Shown here: positions 1 to 8,091 of the stretch, in pieces
How positions within the stretch are numbered: the stretch's first letter is position 1
Layout of the letters: each line of letters begins with the position of its first letter
NCBI GenBank assembly: GCA_023898605.1
Contig: CP060230.1
Span: 197,944-239,661, forward strand
Direction: 5' to 3'
DNA: 41,718 nucleotides
Origin: Candidatus Nomurabacteria bacterium
Lineage (GTDB): Bacteria > Patescibacteriota > Minisyncoccia > Phycocordibacterales > UBA9973
The notes under the pieces: generated by a model
The model's input: only the letters and a program-made list of their open reading frames with translations
What the model was told of the DNA's origin: nothing
Databases searched by the model: none
Translations under genes and position numbers: made by a program

Positions 1-960
1 TTCGACGTGCTTTCTACAAAAACAAAAGACCTTCTAAAAAAAGTAGATTCTGGCAAGAAATCAAAAACTCTACTTTATATAAACAGACTAGGACTTTTTA
101 CATCTCTTATATGTAAAGACTGCGGTAGTCCAGTCAAATGTCGCATATGTAAAAACAATCTATCGATGGTTGAGTCTCAGAGAAAAGAACGCCAGCACGT
201 TTGTACCAAGTGCGGTTTTAGAGAAAAAGTAACTGAAGACAAATGTCAGAATTGTGATAGTTGGAACATCATGCCTCTCGGCATAGGAAGCGAAAGAGTT
301 TATGAAGAAGCCAAAAAACTTCTAAAAAATACTGAACTTGTTTTGTTCGATAGAAATCACATAACTTCAACCAAAGCTCTAAACGAAAAAATAAAAAAAA
401 TAAACGATGAAGACAAAGTTGTAGTCATAGGAACTGATATGAGTTTACAGTTTTTCGAAAAGTTTGATCATGTTGTCATAGTTTCTCTAGATAGTATATT
501 CTCTCAACCTTCTTACAAGATCACAGAGGAAACGATCAGAAGTCTTATAAGAACTCAAAACCTAGCCAAGAAAGAACTCTTGCTCCAAACAAGAAATCCG
601 GACGAGCCTATAATCAAGTCTTTTATGGAGGGATCTTTTGCCAACATATACACAAGTGAAATAAAAGTCAGAGAAAAACTGGACTTCCCTCCTTATTCTA
701 GATTTTTCAAAATAAGCAGAACTGGAGAAAAGATGTTTTTGGACAAAGAAATATCACAGTTTAGACCAAGAGCAGAATACGTGTTTGGAGAATGGATCAG
801 GAAGAGAGGTTTTTTGTACGAATATACTGCAATAATCAAGGTTCAGTGGTCTCCATCGCCCTATAAATACAAGGCTTCGGAAGACATAGATCGCATGATT
901 TGGACTCTTAGAAATGCAGGGTGGGAAGTTGTTTCAGACATCACCAGAATAATCCCCTAG
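1..960 (+). CDS. priA: Primosomal protein N' (PriA helicase), C-terminal portion; 5' end lies outside the window
   Basis: The frame is open from nt 1 (the track starts it at GTG 7). Two Cys-rich zinc-binding clusters typical of PriA are present (CKDCGSPVKCRICKN; CTKCGF..CQNCDS). They are followed by 'PLGIGSERVYEE' and a C-terminal domain. Confidence 0.8.
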   Translation, partial: FDVLSTKTKDLLKKVDSGKKSKTLLYINRLGLFTSLICKDCGSPVKCRICKNNLSMVESQRKERQHVCTKCGFREKVTEDKCQNCDSWNIMPLGIGSERVYEEAKKLLKNTELVLFDRNHITSTKALNEKIKKINDEDKVVVIGTDMSLQFFEKFDHVVIVSLDSIFSQPSYKITEETIRSLIRTQNLAKKELLLQTRNPDEPIIKSFMEGSFANIYTSEIKVREKLDFPPYSRFFKISRTGEKMFLDKEISQFRPRAEYVFGEWIRKRGFLYEYTAIIKVQWSPSPYKYKASEDIDRMIWTLRNAGWEVVSDITRIIP

Positions 961-1000
961 TCTCTTGTCAACAAAGAGCTATTGTGATAGTCTAGAAGGC

Positions 1001-1228
1001 ATGCGAGCAAAACACATAGTAATAGAAAAAAAGGACGGAGAGAATAATTCTTCTATACTTAGAAGATTCTCAAGAAAAGTTAGAGAGTCTAGAATAATCC
1101 AAACAGTCAAAGGTGAAAGATACTATTCTAGAAAACCTTCTAAACTAACTCAGAAAGAATCAGCACTCAAGAAACTAGAAAGAAGAAGAACTATAGAAAA
1201 GCTAAGAAAACTAGGAAAAGTAGCTTAA
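1001..1228 (+). CDS. rpsU: 30S ribosomal protein S21
   Basis: Small, very basic protein. 'ILRRFSRKVRESRIIQTVKGERYYSRKPSKLTQKE..RRR' fits the S21 pattern. The track start is TTG 965, but the in-frame ATG 1001 (MRAKHIV) is more plausible. Confidence 0.8.
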   Translation: MRAKHIVIEKKDGENNSSILRRFSRKVRESRIIQTVKGERYYSRKPSKLTQKESALKKLERRRTIEKLRKLGKVA

Positions 1229-1242
1229 GAAACCAAAAAGAG

Positions 1243-1629
1243 ATGAATGATTCTACTCTACAAATAACAAAATCCCACAAAGGCCCGCTACCAAGCGTGG
1301 CCTTTTTGGAGATGAAAAACAAAATACTTGGAAAAAAGTATGAACTATCTATATATTTTGCAGATCCTAAAACTTCAAAAAGTTTAAACAAAAAATACAG
1401 AAACAAGACATATATTCCAGACGTGTTGTCTTTCCCCCTTACAGAGTATTCTGGAGAGATTGTCGCCTGTCTCGATGTAATTTACAAAAAGTACAAAGAA
1501 GAAGGTTTCAAAACCAAAAAAAGCTACCTTTCTTTCATGATCATACACTCTATGCTCCACCTAAAAGGATTCGACCATGGAACAAAAATGGAAAAAGAAG
1601 AAGAAAAGTACAAAAAGATCTTTTGTTAA
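1243..1629 (+). CDS. ybeY: rRNA maturation endoribonuclease YbeY
   Basis: Zinc-binding motif 'HSMLHLKGFDHG' (H-x3-H-x5-H) near the C-terminus, 'DVLSFP' motif, size ~128 aa. Confidence 0.85.
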   Translation: MNDSTLQITKSHKGPLPSVAFLEMKNKILGKKYELSIYFADPKTSKSLNKKYRNKTYIPDVLSFPLTEYSGEIVACLDVIYKKYKEEGFKTKKSYLSFMIIHSMLHLKGFDHGTKMEKEEEKYKKIFC

Positions 1630-1660
1630 CAAGCTATAAATTCTCTTGGAAACCAAAAAA

Positions 1661-1669
1661 TGGTATTAT
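1661..1669 (+). promoter_or_regulatory. Extended -10 element TGGTATTAT, 10 nt upstream of the ftsA ATG
   Basis: TGnTAnnAT match read directly. There is no purine-rich SD between it and ATG 1680. Confidence 0.4.
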
Positions 1670-1679
1670 TTCATCATAG

Positions 1680-2840
1680 ATGAAGAAAGAGATAAGTTTT
1701 GCCATAGACATAGGCAGTAGAACAACCAGAATAATTGCCGTTGAAAAGAACCAATCATCCCTACCAAAAGTTAGGGCTATTAGTAAAGTCGATACAAAGG
1801 GTGTAAGACACGGAAGAATAATCGACAGAAGAAAAGCAAAAGAATCTATAATGACAGCCGTTTCTCAAATAGAAGAATCTCTTGGTTTCAAAATAAAAAA
1901 AATAGCTATATCTTCTGGTGGAATTGGCCTTAGAAGTGATATCAATGATGTAGAAATCGCAGTTGGTAGACCAGATGGCGAAATCACAGAAGCTGACACA
2001 AGAAGAGCTCTCAAAGACGCAGAGAGTCTAGCACTTAGCAAAAACAAATGGATACTAGAAACAAAGATAATCGCCTCCAAAGTAGATGGCCAAGAAATCG
2101 AAGGATCTCCAGTTGGTTATCATGGAGAAAACCTAACCATACGAGCTATATCTATAAGTAGCCCATATAAACAAGTAGAAGATATTGCTTCTATAATCGA
2201 GGAAATTGGTATCAAAGTGAGCTCTATTATCCCTGGCGGTGTAGCACTTTCTGAACTAGTACTTAGCGAATCCCAGAAACAAGCTGGTTCGCTTGTCCTA
2301 GATATAGGCGCCGAGACAACAACTGCTACTGTTTTCGAAAACGGAATCCCTGTAGCGGTTTTTGTTTTCTCTTTTGGAGGAGACGATATAACAAACGAAA
2401 TCGCTCTCAAGCTTCGCGTATCGATAGACGAAGCCGAAGCACTAAAAACTGGCGTACCAACAACAATATCTATCGCCAAGAAAAAGTATGACGAGATAGT
2501 AAACGGAAGAATTGAAGAGTTATTCCAAACCGTAGATAATTTTCTGAAAAAAATAAAAAGAAGTGAGCTTCTACCTGGTGGTGTACATATATGTGGTGGT
2601 GGTTCTTTTCTAGATGGGATAGAAAATGTTTGCAAAAACAAACTAAGACTACCTGCACAAGTAGGAACACCACAAGCCAAAGAAGGAGAAAAGAATCCAG
2701 TCAAAGATCCACTTTGGTTTTTGGTTTATGGAGTTGCAATAGAAGACATGAAAGAAGATCATGACGACGTTTCTTTTGACGACGGAGAGAACCCTATCAA
2801 AAATATTTTCAAAAATATTTTCTCACAACTTAAACCTTAG
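1680..2840 (+). CDS. ftsA: Cell division protein FtsA (actin-like ATPase)
   Basis: N-terminal phosphate-1 motif 'FAIDIGSRTTRI', 'LVLDIGAETTT' and 'HICGGGS' actin-fold motifs. It lies immediately upstream of ftsZ. Confidence 0.85.
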   Translation: MKKEISFAIDIGSRTTRIIAVEKNQSSLPKVRAISKVDTKGVRHGRIIDRRKAKESIMTAVSQIEESLGFKIKKIAISSGGIGLRSDINDVEIAVGRPDGEITEADTRRALKDAESLALSKNKWILETKIIASKVDGQEIEGSPVGYHGENLTIRAISISSPYKQVEDIASIIEEIGIKVSSIIPGGVALSELVLSESQKQAGSLVLDIGAETTTATVFENGIPVAVFVFSFGGDDITNEIALKLRVSIDEAEALKTGVPTTISIAKKKYDEIVNGRIEELFQTVDNFLKKIKRSELLPGGVHICGGGSFLDGIENVCKNKLRLPAQVGTPQAKEGEKNPVKDPLWFLVYGVAIEDMKEDHDDVSFDDGENPIKNIFKNIFSQLKP

Positions 2841-2964
2841 ATAAGAAAACACATATCTATTTTGTCAAAAAAAAACAGGAGCGCTCTTCTGTTCTTTTCA
2901 AAAATAAAATATATGCTAATATGCCGGGTATATCAGTCCGAAATATTAATAAACCTATAAAAAT

Positions 2965-4170
2965 ATGCCAAAAATAAGCCCTGAAATACAATCATTCGCC
3001 AGAATCAAGGTTATCGGAATCGGAGGTTCTGGAAAGAATGCACTTAACCACATGGTTAACTCAAAAGTCAAAGGAGTAGAGTTCGTATGTGTAAACACAG
3101 ATACTCAAGACCTTCATCACTGTTTAGCAGACAAAAAAATTCATATCGGTAAGAACCTAACCAAAGGTCTAGGTGCTGGTATGAAGCCAGAAATAGGACG
3201 CGCTGCTGCAGAAGAAACAAAGGCTGAAATCCAAGACACAATCAAAGGTGCAGACATGGTCTTCATCACTTGTGGTATGGGTGGAGGAACAGGAACAGGA
3301 GCATCTCCTGTTGTAGCAAGAGCCGCAAAAGAACAAGGCATACTAACTGTGGCTGTAGTTACAAAACCATTCTTCTTCGAAGGAAATCACAGAATGAGAT
3401 TGGCTGAAAAAGGTATAGGTGAACTAGAACAAGAAGTAGATGCAATCATTGTGATACCAAACGATAGACTACTTGCTATTTCGGGCAAAGAAATGACTCT
3501 AAGAAACTCATTTGCACTATGCGATGAGATACTAAAACAAGCTGTAGAAGGAATCTCAGACCTTATAACAACTCCAGGTATAATCAACGTAGACTTCAAC
3601 GACATCAAAGAAATCATGCACGACGCTGGTAGCGCTCTTATGGGTATCGGTGTTGCATCTGGTGAAGAAAGAGCAAAGAAAGCTGCAATCGAAGCTATCA
3701 ACTCTCCTCTACTCGATATATCTATCAACGGAGCAAAAGGAGTTTTGTTTGCTGTAGCTGGTGGAGAAGATCTAACTATGAACGAACTCCAAGAAGCTGC
3801 TAAGGTTGTTACAGAATCTGTCGACAAGGACGCTAGAATCATACTAGGTACAATCCATGACGAGAGACTCAAGAAGGGTGAAGTTAGAGTTACAGTTATC
3901 GCAACTGGCTTCCCTACTGACACTCCTAGAAATTCACTATTCCAAAAAGCTCCAGCAAACACTGACAAAGAAGACGACGGTAGTGGACTAGGATCTATCT
4001 TTGCTCCAAAAAAGGAAATGAAGAAAACGGAGATACACAACGAGATTATCGAAGACACTCCAGCTCCAGCTCCTAAAAAACCAGAAATAGAAACTTTCGA
4101 CGAAGATGACCTACTAGACGAAGATGATGACTGGCACGCAGTACCATCATTTCTAAGAAGAAAGAAATAA
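2965..4170 (+). CDS. ftsZ: Cell division GTPase FtsZ
   Basis: '[17 protein letters not shown]' and the tubulin signature '[13 protein letters not shown]'. The acidic disordered linker ends in a conserved C-terminal peptide ([15 protein letters not shown]). Confidence 0.97.
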   Translation: MPKISPEIQSFARIKVIGIGGSGKNALNHMVNSKVKGVEFVCVNTDTQDLHHCLADKKIHIGKNLTKGLGAGMKPEIGRAAAEETKAEIQDTIKGADMVFITCGMGGGTGTGASPVVARAAKEQGILTVAVVTKPFFFEGNHRMRLAEKGIGELEQEVDAIIVIPNDRLLAISGKEMTLRNSFALCDEILKQAVEGISDLITTPGIINVDFNDIKEIMHDAGSALMGIGVASGEERAKKAAIEAINSPLLDISINGAKGVLFAVAGGEDLTMNELQEAAKVVTESVDKDARIILGTIHDERLKKGEVRVTVIATGFPTDTPRNSLFQKAPANTDKEDDGSGLGSIFAPKKEMKKTEIHNEIIEDTPAPAPKKPEIETFDEDDLLDEDDDWHAVPSFLRRKK

Positions 4171-4180
4171 TTTGAAAAAT

Positions 4181-4206
4181 CCCGCCTTAATAGGTGGGGT
4201 TTTTTA
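4181..4206 (+). terminator. Rho-independent terminator after ftsZ
   Basis: Stem cccgcc/ggtggg (one G-U) with loop ttaata, followed by a T-run (4200-4206). Confidence 0.6.
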
Positions 4207-4227
4207 TTTGTCCGGAAGCGATTTAGG

Positions 4228-4253
4228 GTTTGCCCCGCAGTTGCGGGGTAAAC
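4228..4253. other. GC-rich 11-bp-stem hairpin without a U-tract (gtttgccccgc-agtt-gcggggtaaac)
   Basis: Inverted repeat read directly in the ftsZ-trxB spacer. It is not followed by a T-run, so it is not a canonical terminator. Confidence 0.6.
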
Positions 4254-4280
4254 TTGACTCTTTAGGAACAGCAATACTCA

Positions 4281-4289
4281 TGCTAAAAT
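4281..4289 (+). promoter_or_regulatory. Extended -10 element TGCTAAAAT, 6 nt upstream of the trxB ATG
   Basis: TGnTAAAAT read directly. ATG is at 4296 and there is no SD. Confidence 0.4.
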
Positions 4290-4295
4290 AGACTA

Positions 4296-5234
4296 ATGGA
4301 AAACAAAACATATGAACTTACAATTATCGGTGGAGGTCCAGCAGGAGTGTCGGGTGCTGTTTATGCTGCAAGAAAAAGGATTAAAACCGCTCTTATAACA
4401 CCAGAATTTGGAGGACAATCTTCTGTATCAGAAAAGATAGAAAACTGGATCGGAGACATAGCCGTATCGGGCTTTGAACTCGCAGAAAGACTAAGAAAAC
4501 ATGCAGAAAGTTACAAGGGTGAATACTTAGATATAGTAAATGGAGAGATTGTAGAAAAAATATCAAAGAACGGAGGAAATTTCTCACTAAAACTTAGCTC
4601 AGGAAAAGAAATCGTTTCAAAAAGCATTCTTATCGCCTCTGGATCAGGTAGAAGAAAACTCCCAGCCAAAGGTGCAGACGTTTTCGAAAACAAAGGTATC
4701 GTTTACTGTGCGTCTTGTGATGGTCCCCTTTTTGCTGACAAAGATGTTGTAGTTGTAGGTGGAGGAAATGCAGCATTTGAAACTGCGGCTCAACTTCTTG
4801 CATATTGCAAAAGCGTTACTCTTATAAACAGAGGTGAAGATTTCCGTGCAGACGAAATAACAGTTGAGAAGGTTCTAAAAGATCCAAAAATGAAAGTTTT
4901 GAAAAACTCAGAAATAACAGAAGTTATGGGTGAAATTTTTGTAAACAAGATAACTGTCAAAAACACTTCTTCTGGAGAAGAATCTACTTTAGATGTCGAA
5001 GGTGTGTTTGTAGAAATAGGACAAATCCCAAACACAGGCTTTGCAAGTGACGTTTTGGAGCTAGATCAGTACGGGAGGATAACAATAGACCCATGGTCAA
5101 ACAAAACCTCTACAGAAGGCATCTGGGCCGCTGGAGACTGCAGCAATATCCTATATCACCAGAACAATATCGCTGCCGGCGATGCAGTAAAAGCTCTAGA
5201 AGATATATATCTCTGGCTTCACAATACAAAGTAG
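4296..5234 (+). CDS. trxB: Thioredoxin-disulfide reductase-like flavoprotein
   Basis: FAD motif 'IIGGGPAGVSGAVYAARK', redox-active 'CASCDG', NAD(P)H motif 'VVVVGGGNAAFE', C-terminal 'IWAAGDC'. Confidence 0.85.
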   Translation: MENKTYELTIIGGGPAGVSGAVYAARKRIKTALITPEFGGQSSVSEKIENWIGDIAVSGFELAERLRKHAESYKGEYLDIVNGEIVEKISKNGGNFSLKLSSGKEIVSKSILIASGSGRRKLPAKGADVFENKGIVYCASCDGPLFADKDVVVVGGGNAAFETAAQLLAYCKSVTLINRGEDFRADEITVEKVLKDPKMKVLKNSEITEVMGEIFVNKITVKNTSSGEESTLDVEGVFVEIGQIPNTGFASDVLELDQYGRITIDPWSNKTSTEGIWAAGDCSNILYHQNNIAAGDAVKALEDIYLWLHNTK

Positions 5235-5236
5235 TC

Positions 5237-5262
5237 AAAAGTCCGGAATATTCGGACTTTTT
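5237..5262 (+). terminator. Rho-independent terminator after trxB
   Basis: Hairpin gtccgga-ata-ttcggac (5241-5257) flanked by an A-run and a T-run. Confidence 0.6.
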
Positions 5263-5270
5263 GATTTCTG

Positions 5271-5299
5271 TTGACAATATATCTATATTCTTGTACTAT
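5271..5299 (+). promoter_or_regulatory. Sigma-70-type promoter (TTGACA - 17 nt - TACTAT)
   Basis: -35 TTGACA at 5271-5276, a 17-nt spacer, and -10 TACTAT at 5294-5299. It lies upstream of ATG 5328. Confidence 0.5.
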
Positions 5300-5327
5300 C
5301 GAACCTGAACCCTTTAAATTGAAGACT

Positions 5328-5618
5328 ATGACGCAGAAAACAAGCGTGGCAGCAGCCACCACTAAACCCTCTATTGAGTGGCACAAAGAAATTGATCTCG
5401 GGAAAGGAATGTACCTGAAAATTCCCCCGAAAAACAATGAAGGCCTGGCACACGGAATGGTCATTAATATCGGCACGGGAGAGCCGCAGATGGTACACAA
5501 CCAAAAATCGGCAGTGGAATTGATCGACCGTATGTGGAACTGCAAAAAAATCACATACAGTGAATACAAGGCCTGCCGCACAGCCATCTGGGAATCAGGA
5601 TTCCCGTCAAAAGAATAG
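5328..5618 (+). CDS. Hypothetical protein (96 aa), G+C-richer than its surroundings
   Basis: ORF with ATG 5328 (MTQKTSVAAA..). The promoter lies upstream and a hairpin terminator downstream. I recognise no family. Confidence 0.5.
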   Translation: MTQKTSVAAATTKPSIEWHKEIDLGKGMYLKIPPKNNEGLAHGMVINIGTGEPQMVHNQKSAVELIDRMWNCKKITYSEYKACRTAIWESGFPSKE

Positions 5619-5640
5619 GCAATTTCGCCTAACAAAAAAA

Positions 5641-5659
5641 GCCCAGCACTTCGCTGGGC
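5641..5659. terminator. Hairpin terminator (gcccagc-acttc-gctgggc) flanked by A- and T-runs
   Basis: 7-bp GC-rich stem, preceded by aaaaaaa and followed by tttcacttt. Confidence 0.5.
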
Positions 5660-5705
5660 TTTCACTTTGCCTATTTAATCCAATCTAAAAAAAGTAAAAG
5701 AAGTA

Positions 5706-5751
5706 AAAAAGGTAACACAAAACTACGATCGTAGTTTTGTGTTACCTTTTT
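5706..5751. repeat. Perfect 46-bp palindrome (23-bp arms, centre 5728/5729)
   Basis: aaaaaggtaacacaaaactacga|tcgtagttttgtgttaccttttt, checked base by base. It is intergenic, between two convergent genes. Confidence 0.95.
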
Positions 5752-5763
5752 GTTTTTGTAAAT

Positions 5764-5791
5764 AAAAAAAACCCGGGCAATCCGGGTTTTT
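5764..5791 (-). terminator. Hairpin terminator downstream of the 90-aa gene
   Basis: aacccgg-gcaat-ccgggtt flanked by an A-run and a T-run. It lies 7 nt from the stop of 5798..6070. Confidence 0.55.
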
Positions 5792-5797
5792 GTTTGA

Positions 5798-6070
5798 TCA
5801 ATGAGATACTGGCGTGCTGTACTGTGTGTACTCGTATTTCTCTTTGTACTCTTCAAGAGGCTCCTCACCCACTTGGGCATAAACATACAGCATTGCTCGA
5901 CTTCCCCCTTCACATTCTGGTGAGGCAAACATTTCCCTCTCTGTAATTTGAGCCTCCGGAAAATGGTTTTCTATCTGAACCATTAATCCCTTTATTTTGG
6001 CAAGGGTGATACTGGGAAAAGGTCCGAACCGTACCATTAAGGTATCCTGAAAAAACTTTGGCTTACTCAT
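5798..6070 (-). CDS. Hypothetical protein (90 aa)
   Basis: ORF with a terminator immediately downstream and a G+C-richer segment. No family recognised. Confidence 0.5.
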   Translation of the reverse strand: MSKPKFFQDTLMVRFGPFPSITLAKIKGLMVQIENHFPEAQITEREMFASPECEGGSRAMLYVYAQVGEEPLEEYKEKYEYTQYSTPVSH

Positions 6071-6072
6071 CT

Positions 6073-6100
6073 TTTTGTGTTTTATTCAACACAAAACTAC
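6073..6100. repeat. Hairpin ttttgtgtt-ttattc-aacacaaaa plus a 13-mer AACACAAAACTAC identical to an arm of the 5706-5751 palindrome
   Basis: The 13-mer at 6088-6100 equals 5714-5726 and is the reverse complement of 5731-5743. Confidence 0.85.
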
Positions 6101-6127
6101 CAAAAATGGGGTCTTTGTCAAGTGGAG

Positions 6128-6619
6128 TTATCGAAGTATAGATCTTGGTCCTATTACTCGTTTTGATCGGAGTTTTCTACCAAGGTGAGAGTATTGTCCT
6201 GCGTCTATTAGTACAAGATAAAGCAAGAATAGCGAATCCACCAAGTGATCATCTACAAATGGGTTATTGTCTGGTGGAATAAGAGCAAAGTACATAAGCA
6301 TAAGCATAAGTATCCCAACCACACTCCCTACTCTAACCATAATTCCTAGAAACAGTGTAAGTCCTACAAACAGTAGTCCTAGCATGAAAACCCAGTCTAC
6401 AAAACTAACTCCTGCAAGCGAACCAAAGAAATCTGCAAACGGTCCTTTGACTCCATGAGTTAGGAAACCTGTCGTTGGTGATCCACCAGAAAGCCACGCC
6501 TTTTCTCTCGTCGTTGCAAATCCGAGGCCAAATAGTTTGTCAAAAAATGCCCAAAGGAACACGAAGCCTAGTGTTGCTCTGGTTATGTTTAGTAGTTTTT
6601 TGTCTGCTGTCATATACAT
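6128..6619 (-). CDS. DoxX-family integral membrane protein
   Basis: About 4 hydrophobic helices. The N-terminal 'RATLGFVFLWAFFDKLFGLGF' and 'GGSPTTGFL' segments are typical of the DoxX/DoxD-like family. Confidence 0.75.
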   Translation of the reverse strand: MYMTADKKLLNITRATLGFVFLWAFFDKLFGLGFATTREKAWLSGGSPTTGFLTHGVKGPFADFFGSLAGVSFVDWVFMLGLLFVGLTLFLGIMVRVGSVVGILMLMLMYFALIPPDNNPFVDDHLVDSLFLLYLVLIDAGQYSHLGRKLRSKRVIGPRSILR

Positions 6620-6677
6620 ACATTATACCAAGGGGAATAAAAAATAAAAAACTACCTTTCCCCTAGGGAAAAGGTAG

Positions 6678-7562
6678 CTATTGAAAAACATTGAAATCAA
6701 AATCGAAATCCGCCTTTTCTCGAAGATCCTCGAGACCCTTGAGATTATCTCTCGGCTCAATAAGCCTGATCAAACCCTTCTCGATCTGGTTCACATCTTC
6801 TCGAACTTCTTCGAGAGTTCTGATGGTACCATCCACAAGAAACGGAATTTCCATTATACAGATTCTATAGTCCTTCTCATTTCGGTCGAAATAGACGCGA
6901 CGATGAGAAGTCTCTCTGTCTTTTGGATACTTCGTAAAGTGAGCGTAAGATGTTACATCTACCCAAGAGTGTTTGAAGTTCTTTTTCTCATTGAAACCTC
7001 CCCCACTCATGCCGATATAAACAAGCTCTTCTTCTTCGAAAATAAAGTAGATTCCAAATCTCCACTTGTAATACTTGAGTGAGAACCTGTCTTCGCCTTT
7101 CTTGTTCTTGTAAAAAGGTGCCACAGTATGTGACCTTATATACTTGATGATGTTTTTCTTTCTACCATTATCAAGCATCCTTTTTACTTTGTTGTAGTGA
7201 GTGTCGATTGGCGTATCGAGATACTCTCTTTTGATTTGCCTTTTGATTCCCTTGAAATGTCCAACCTCTGCAGGTACAACAGCATAATGATAATCACCTA
7301 CATCCTTCTTGAGTCTGTTTCTGACTCGTGAAATAGAAGAATACAAATTCGTTTGAGACTCTCCAACAGAATAGATCCTCTTGGAAAACCTGAACTTGAT
7401 TATATATATACCGCTAACATTGCGCAGATTGGAAAGATCGTCCAATGGTCGATATTTGAGTTTCCAAAGGGTAAAATCAGGATAATCGGTTTTTGGTCGA
7501 GGGACGGTTTTTCTCGTCGCGCGACCAGTTCTGACTTTGTGTTTGCGTCGCGTGACTTTCAT
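6678..7562 (-). CDS. Protein with two tandem GIY-YIG-like nuclease modules and a basic N-terminal tail
   Basis: Module 1: 'SGIYIIKFRFSKRIYSVGESQTNLYSSISR ... REYLDTPIDTHYN'. Module 2: 'FGIYFIFEEEELVYIGMSGG ... IEKGLIRLIEPRDN'. These match the GIY..YIG..R..E..P..N pattern. The N-terminus is 'MKVTRRKHKVRTGRATRK'. Confidence 0.55.
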   Translation of the reverse strand: MKVTRRKHKVRTGRATRKTVPRPKTDYPDFTLWKLKYRPLDDLSNLRNVSGIYIIKFRFSKRIYSVGESQTNLYSSISRVRNRLKKDVGDYHYAVVPAEVGHFKGIKRQIKREYLDTPIDTHYNKVKRMLDNGRKKNIIKYIRSHTVAPFYKNKKGEDRFSLKYYKWRFGIYFIFEEEELVYIGMSGGGFNEKKNFKHSWVDVTSYAHFTKYPKDRETSHRRVYFDRNEKDYRICIMEIPFLVDGTIRTLEEVREDVNQIEKGLIRLIEPRDNLKGLEDLREKADFDFDFNVFQ

Positions 7563-7620
7563 CGATTTTCAATTTTTTACCATTATACAAATAAGTCAAA
7601 ATATCGCAAATTTGACAAAA

Positions 7621-7869
7621 TTATTTTCTATGCGTACAGCCGGGCCAGCAACATGGACGACGTTTGCCATCAGCAAGGTCTTCTCTAGCTCGTCTTATAT
7701 GATCTATCCTAGTTTCTTTTTTCTTGACCGAGATAACCCAACAAATCCATTCATTTCTAGCGAGTGGTGTTATATCTTCCCATGTAGAAAGTGCCTTCTT
7801 GTCTCCGACAATAGCTTCACGTAAATCTGCCGGAACTTTGTGTGCTACACCACTAGAGATTTTTGTCAT
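7621..7869 (-). CDS. YdeI/OmdA-family small protein
   Basis: 'DLREAI...ALSTWEDITPLARNEWICWVISVKKKETRIDHIRRAREDLADGKRRPCCWPGCTH' matches the YdeI/OmdA C-terminal domain pattern. Confidence 0.7.
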   Translation of the reverse strand: MTKISSGVAHKVPADLREAIVGDKKALSTWEDITPLARNEWICWVISVKKKETRIDHIRRAREDLADGKRRPCCWPGCTHRK

Positions 7870-7893
7870 GAAAAGATTATATCATTTAGAAAA

Positions 7894-7921
7894 TAAAAAA
7901 AGCGTCTTTAGGACGCCTTTT
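7894..7921 (-). terminator. Hairpin terminator (gcgtct-tta-ggacgc), with a T7 run on the minus strand
   Basis: The stem was read directly. On the minus strand it is followed by ttttttt. It would end the transcription unit that starts at 8337. Confidence 0.5.
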
Positions 7922-8045
7922 GTGTTACTTTCACGACTACTTTTCTTTCGTTGTGATCGATCACTGTCTCGGCTTTCACCTCGAGAAAGTCTGGGATCTG
8001 AACCCTGGAAACCGCTCTTGCGATACACCGTAGTTCTTCATTCAT
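7908..8045 (-). CDS. Possible 45-aa small ORF (MNEELRCIARAVSRVQIPDFLEVKAETVIDHNERKVVVKVTQKAS)
   Basis: Hand-translated and below the track's size cut-off. Its stop lies inside the terminator hairpin. No family recognised. Confidence 0.2.
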   Translation of the reverse strand: MNEELRCIARAVSRVQIPDFLEVKAETVIDHNERKVVVKVTQKAS

Positions 8046-8091
8046 ATGATCGAGCCGGTACTTGTTTTTTATTCATGCTGGATTTTTGCGT

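Noticed and set aside
965-1000. TTG 965 as the S21 start (adds 12 aa, MSTKSYCDSLEG)
   Set aside because: The extension is not S21-like, and an in-frame ATG at 1001 sits at the usual distance from a -10-like box.
2120-2704. 194-aa minus-strand ORF (plus 1865..2080 and 2470..2673)
   Set aside because: It is antisense to or out of frame with ftsA and has no motifs.
3387-4274. 295-aa minus-strand ORF
   Set aside because: It lies entirely antisense to the unmistakable ftsZ gene. It is Ser-rich low-complexity sequence typical of antisense frames.
5296-5312. 'atcgaacc' match to the T-arm of tRNA-Glu, considered as the distal att repeat of the accessory segment
   Set aside because: It is only an 8-nt match, which is easily chance, and there is no integrase. 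I therefore do not call a bounded integrative element.
5219-5665. 148-aa minus-strand ORF (and 5283..5504)
   Set aside because: It spans the trxB terminator, a plus-strand promoter and the better-supported 96-aa plus-strand gene. It has no independent signals.
5671-5946. ORFs 5671..5928(-) and 5737..5946(+)
   Set aside because: They read through the 46-bp palindrome and the terminator hairpins, and they overlap the 90-aa gene that has its own terminator.
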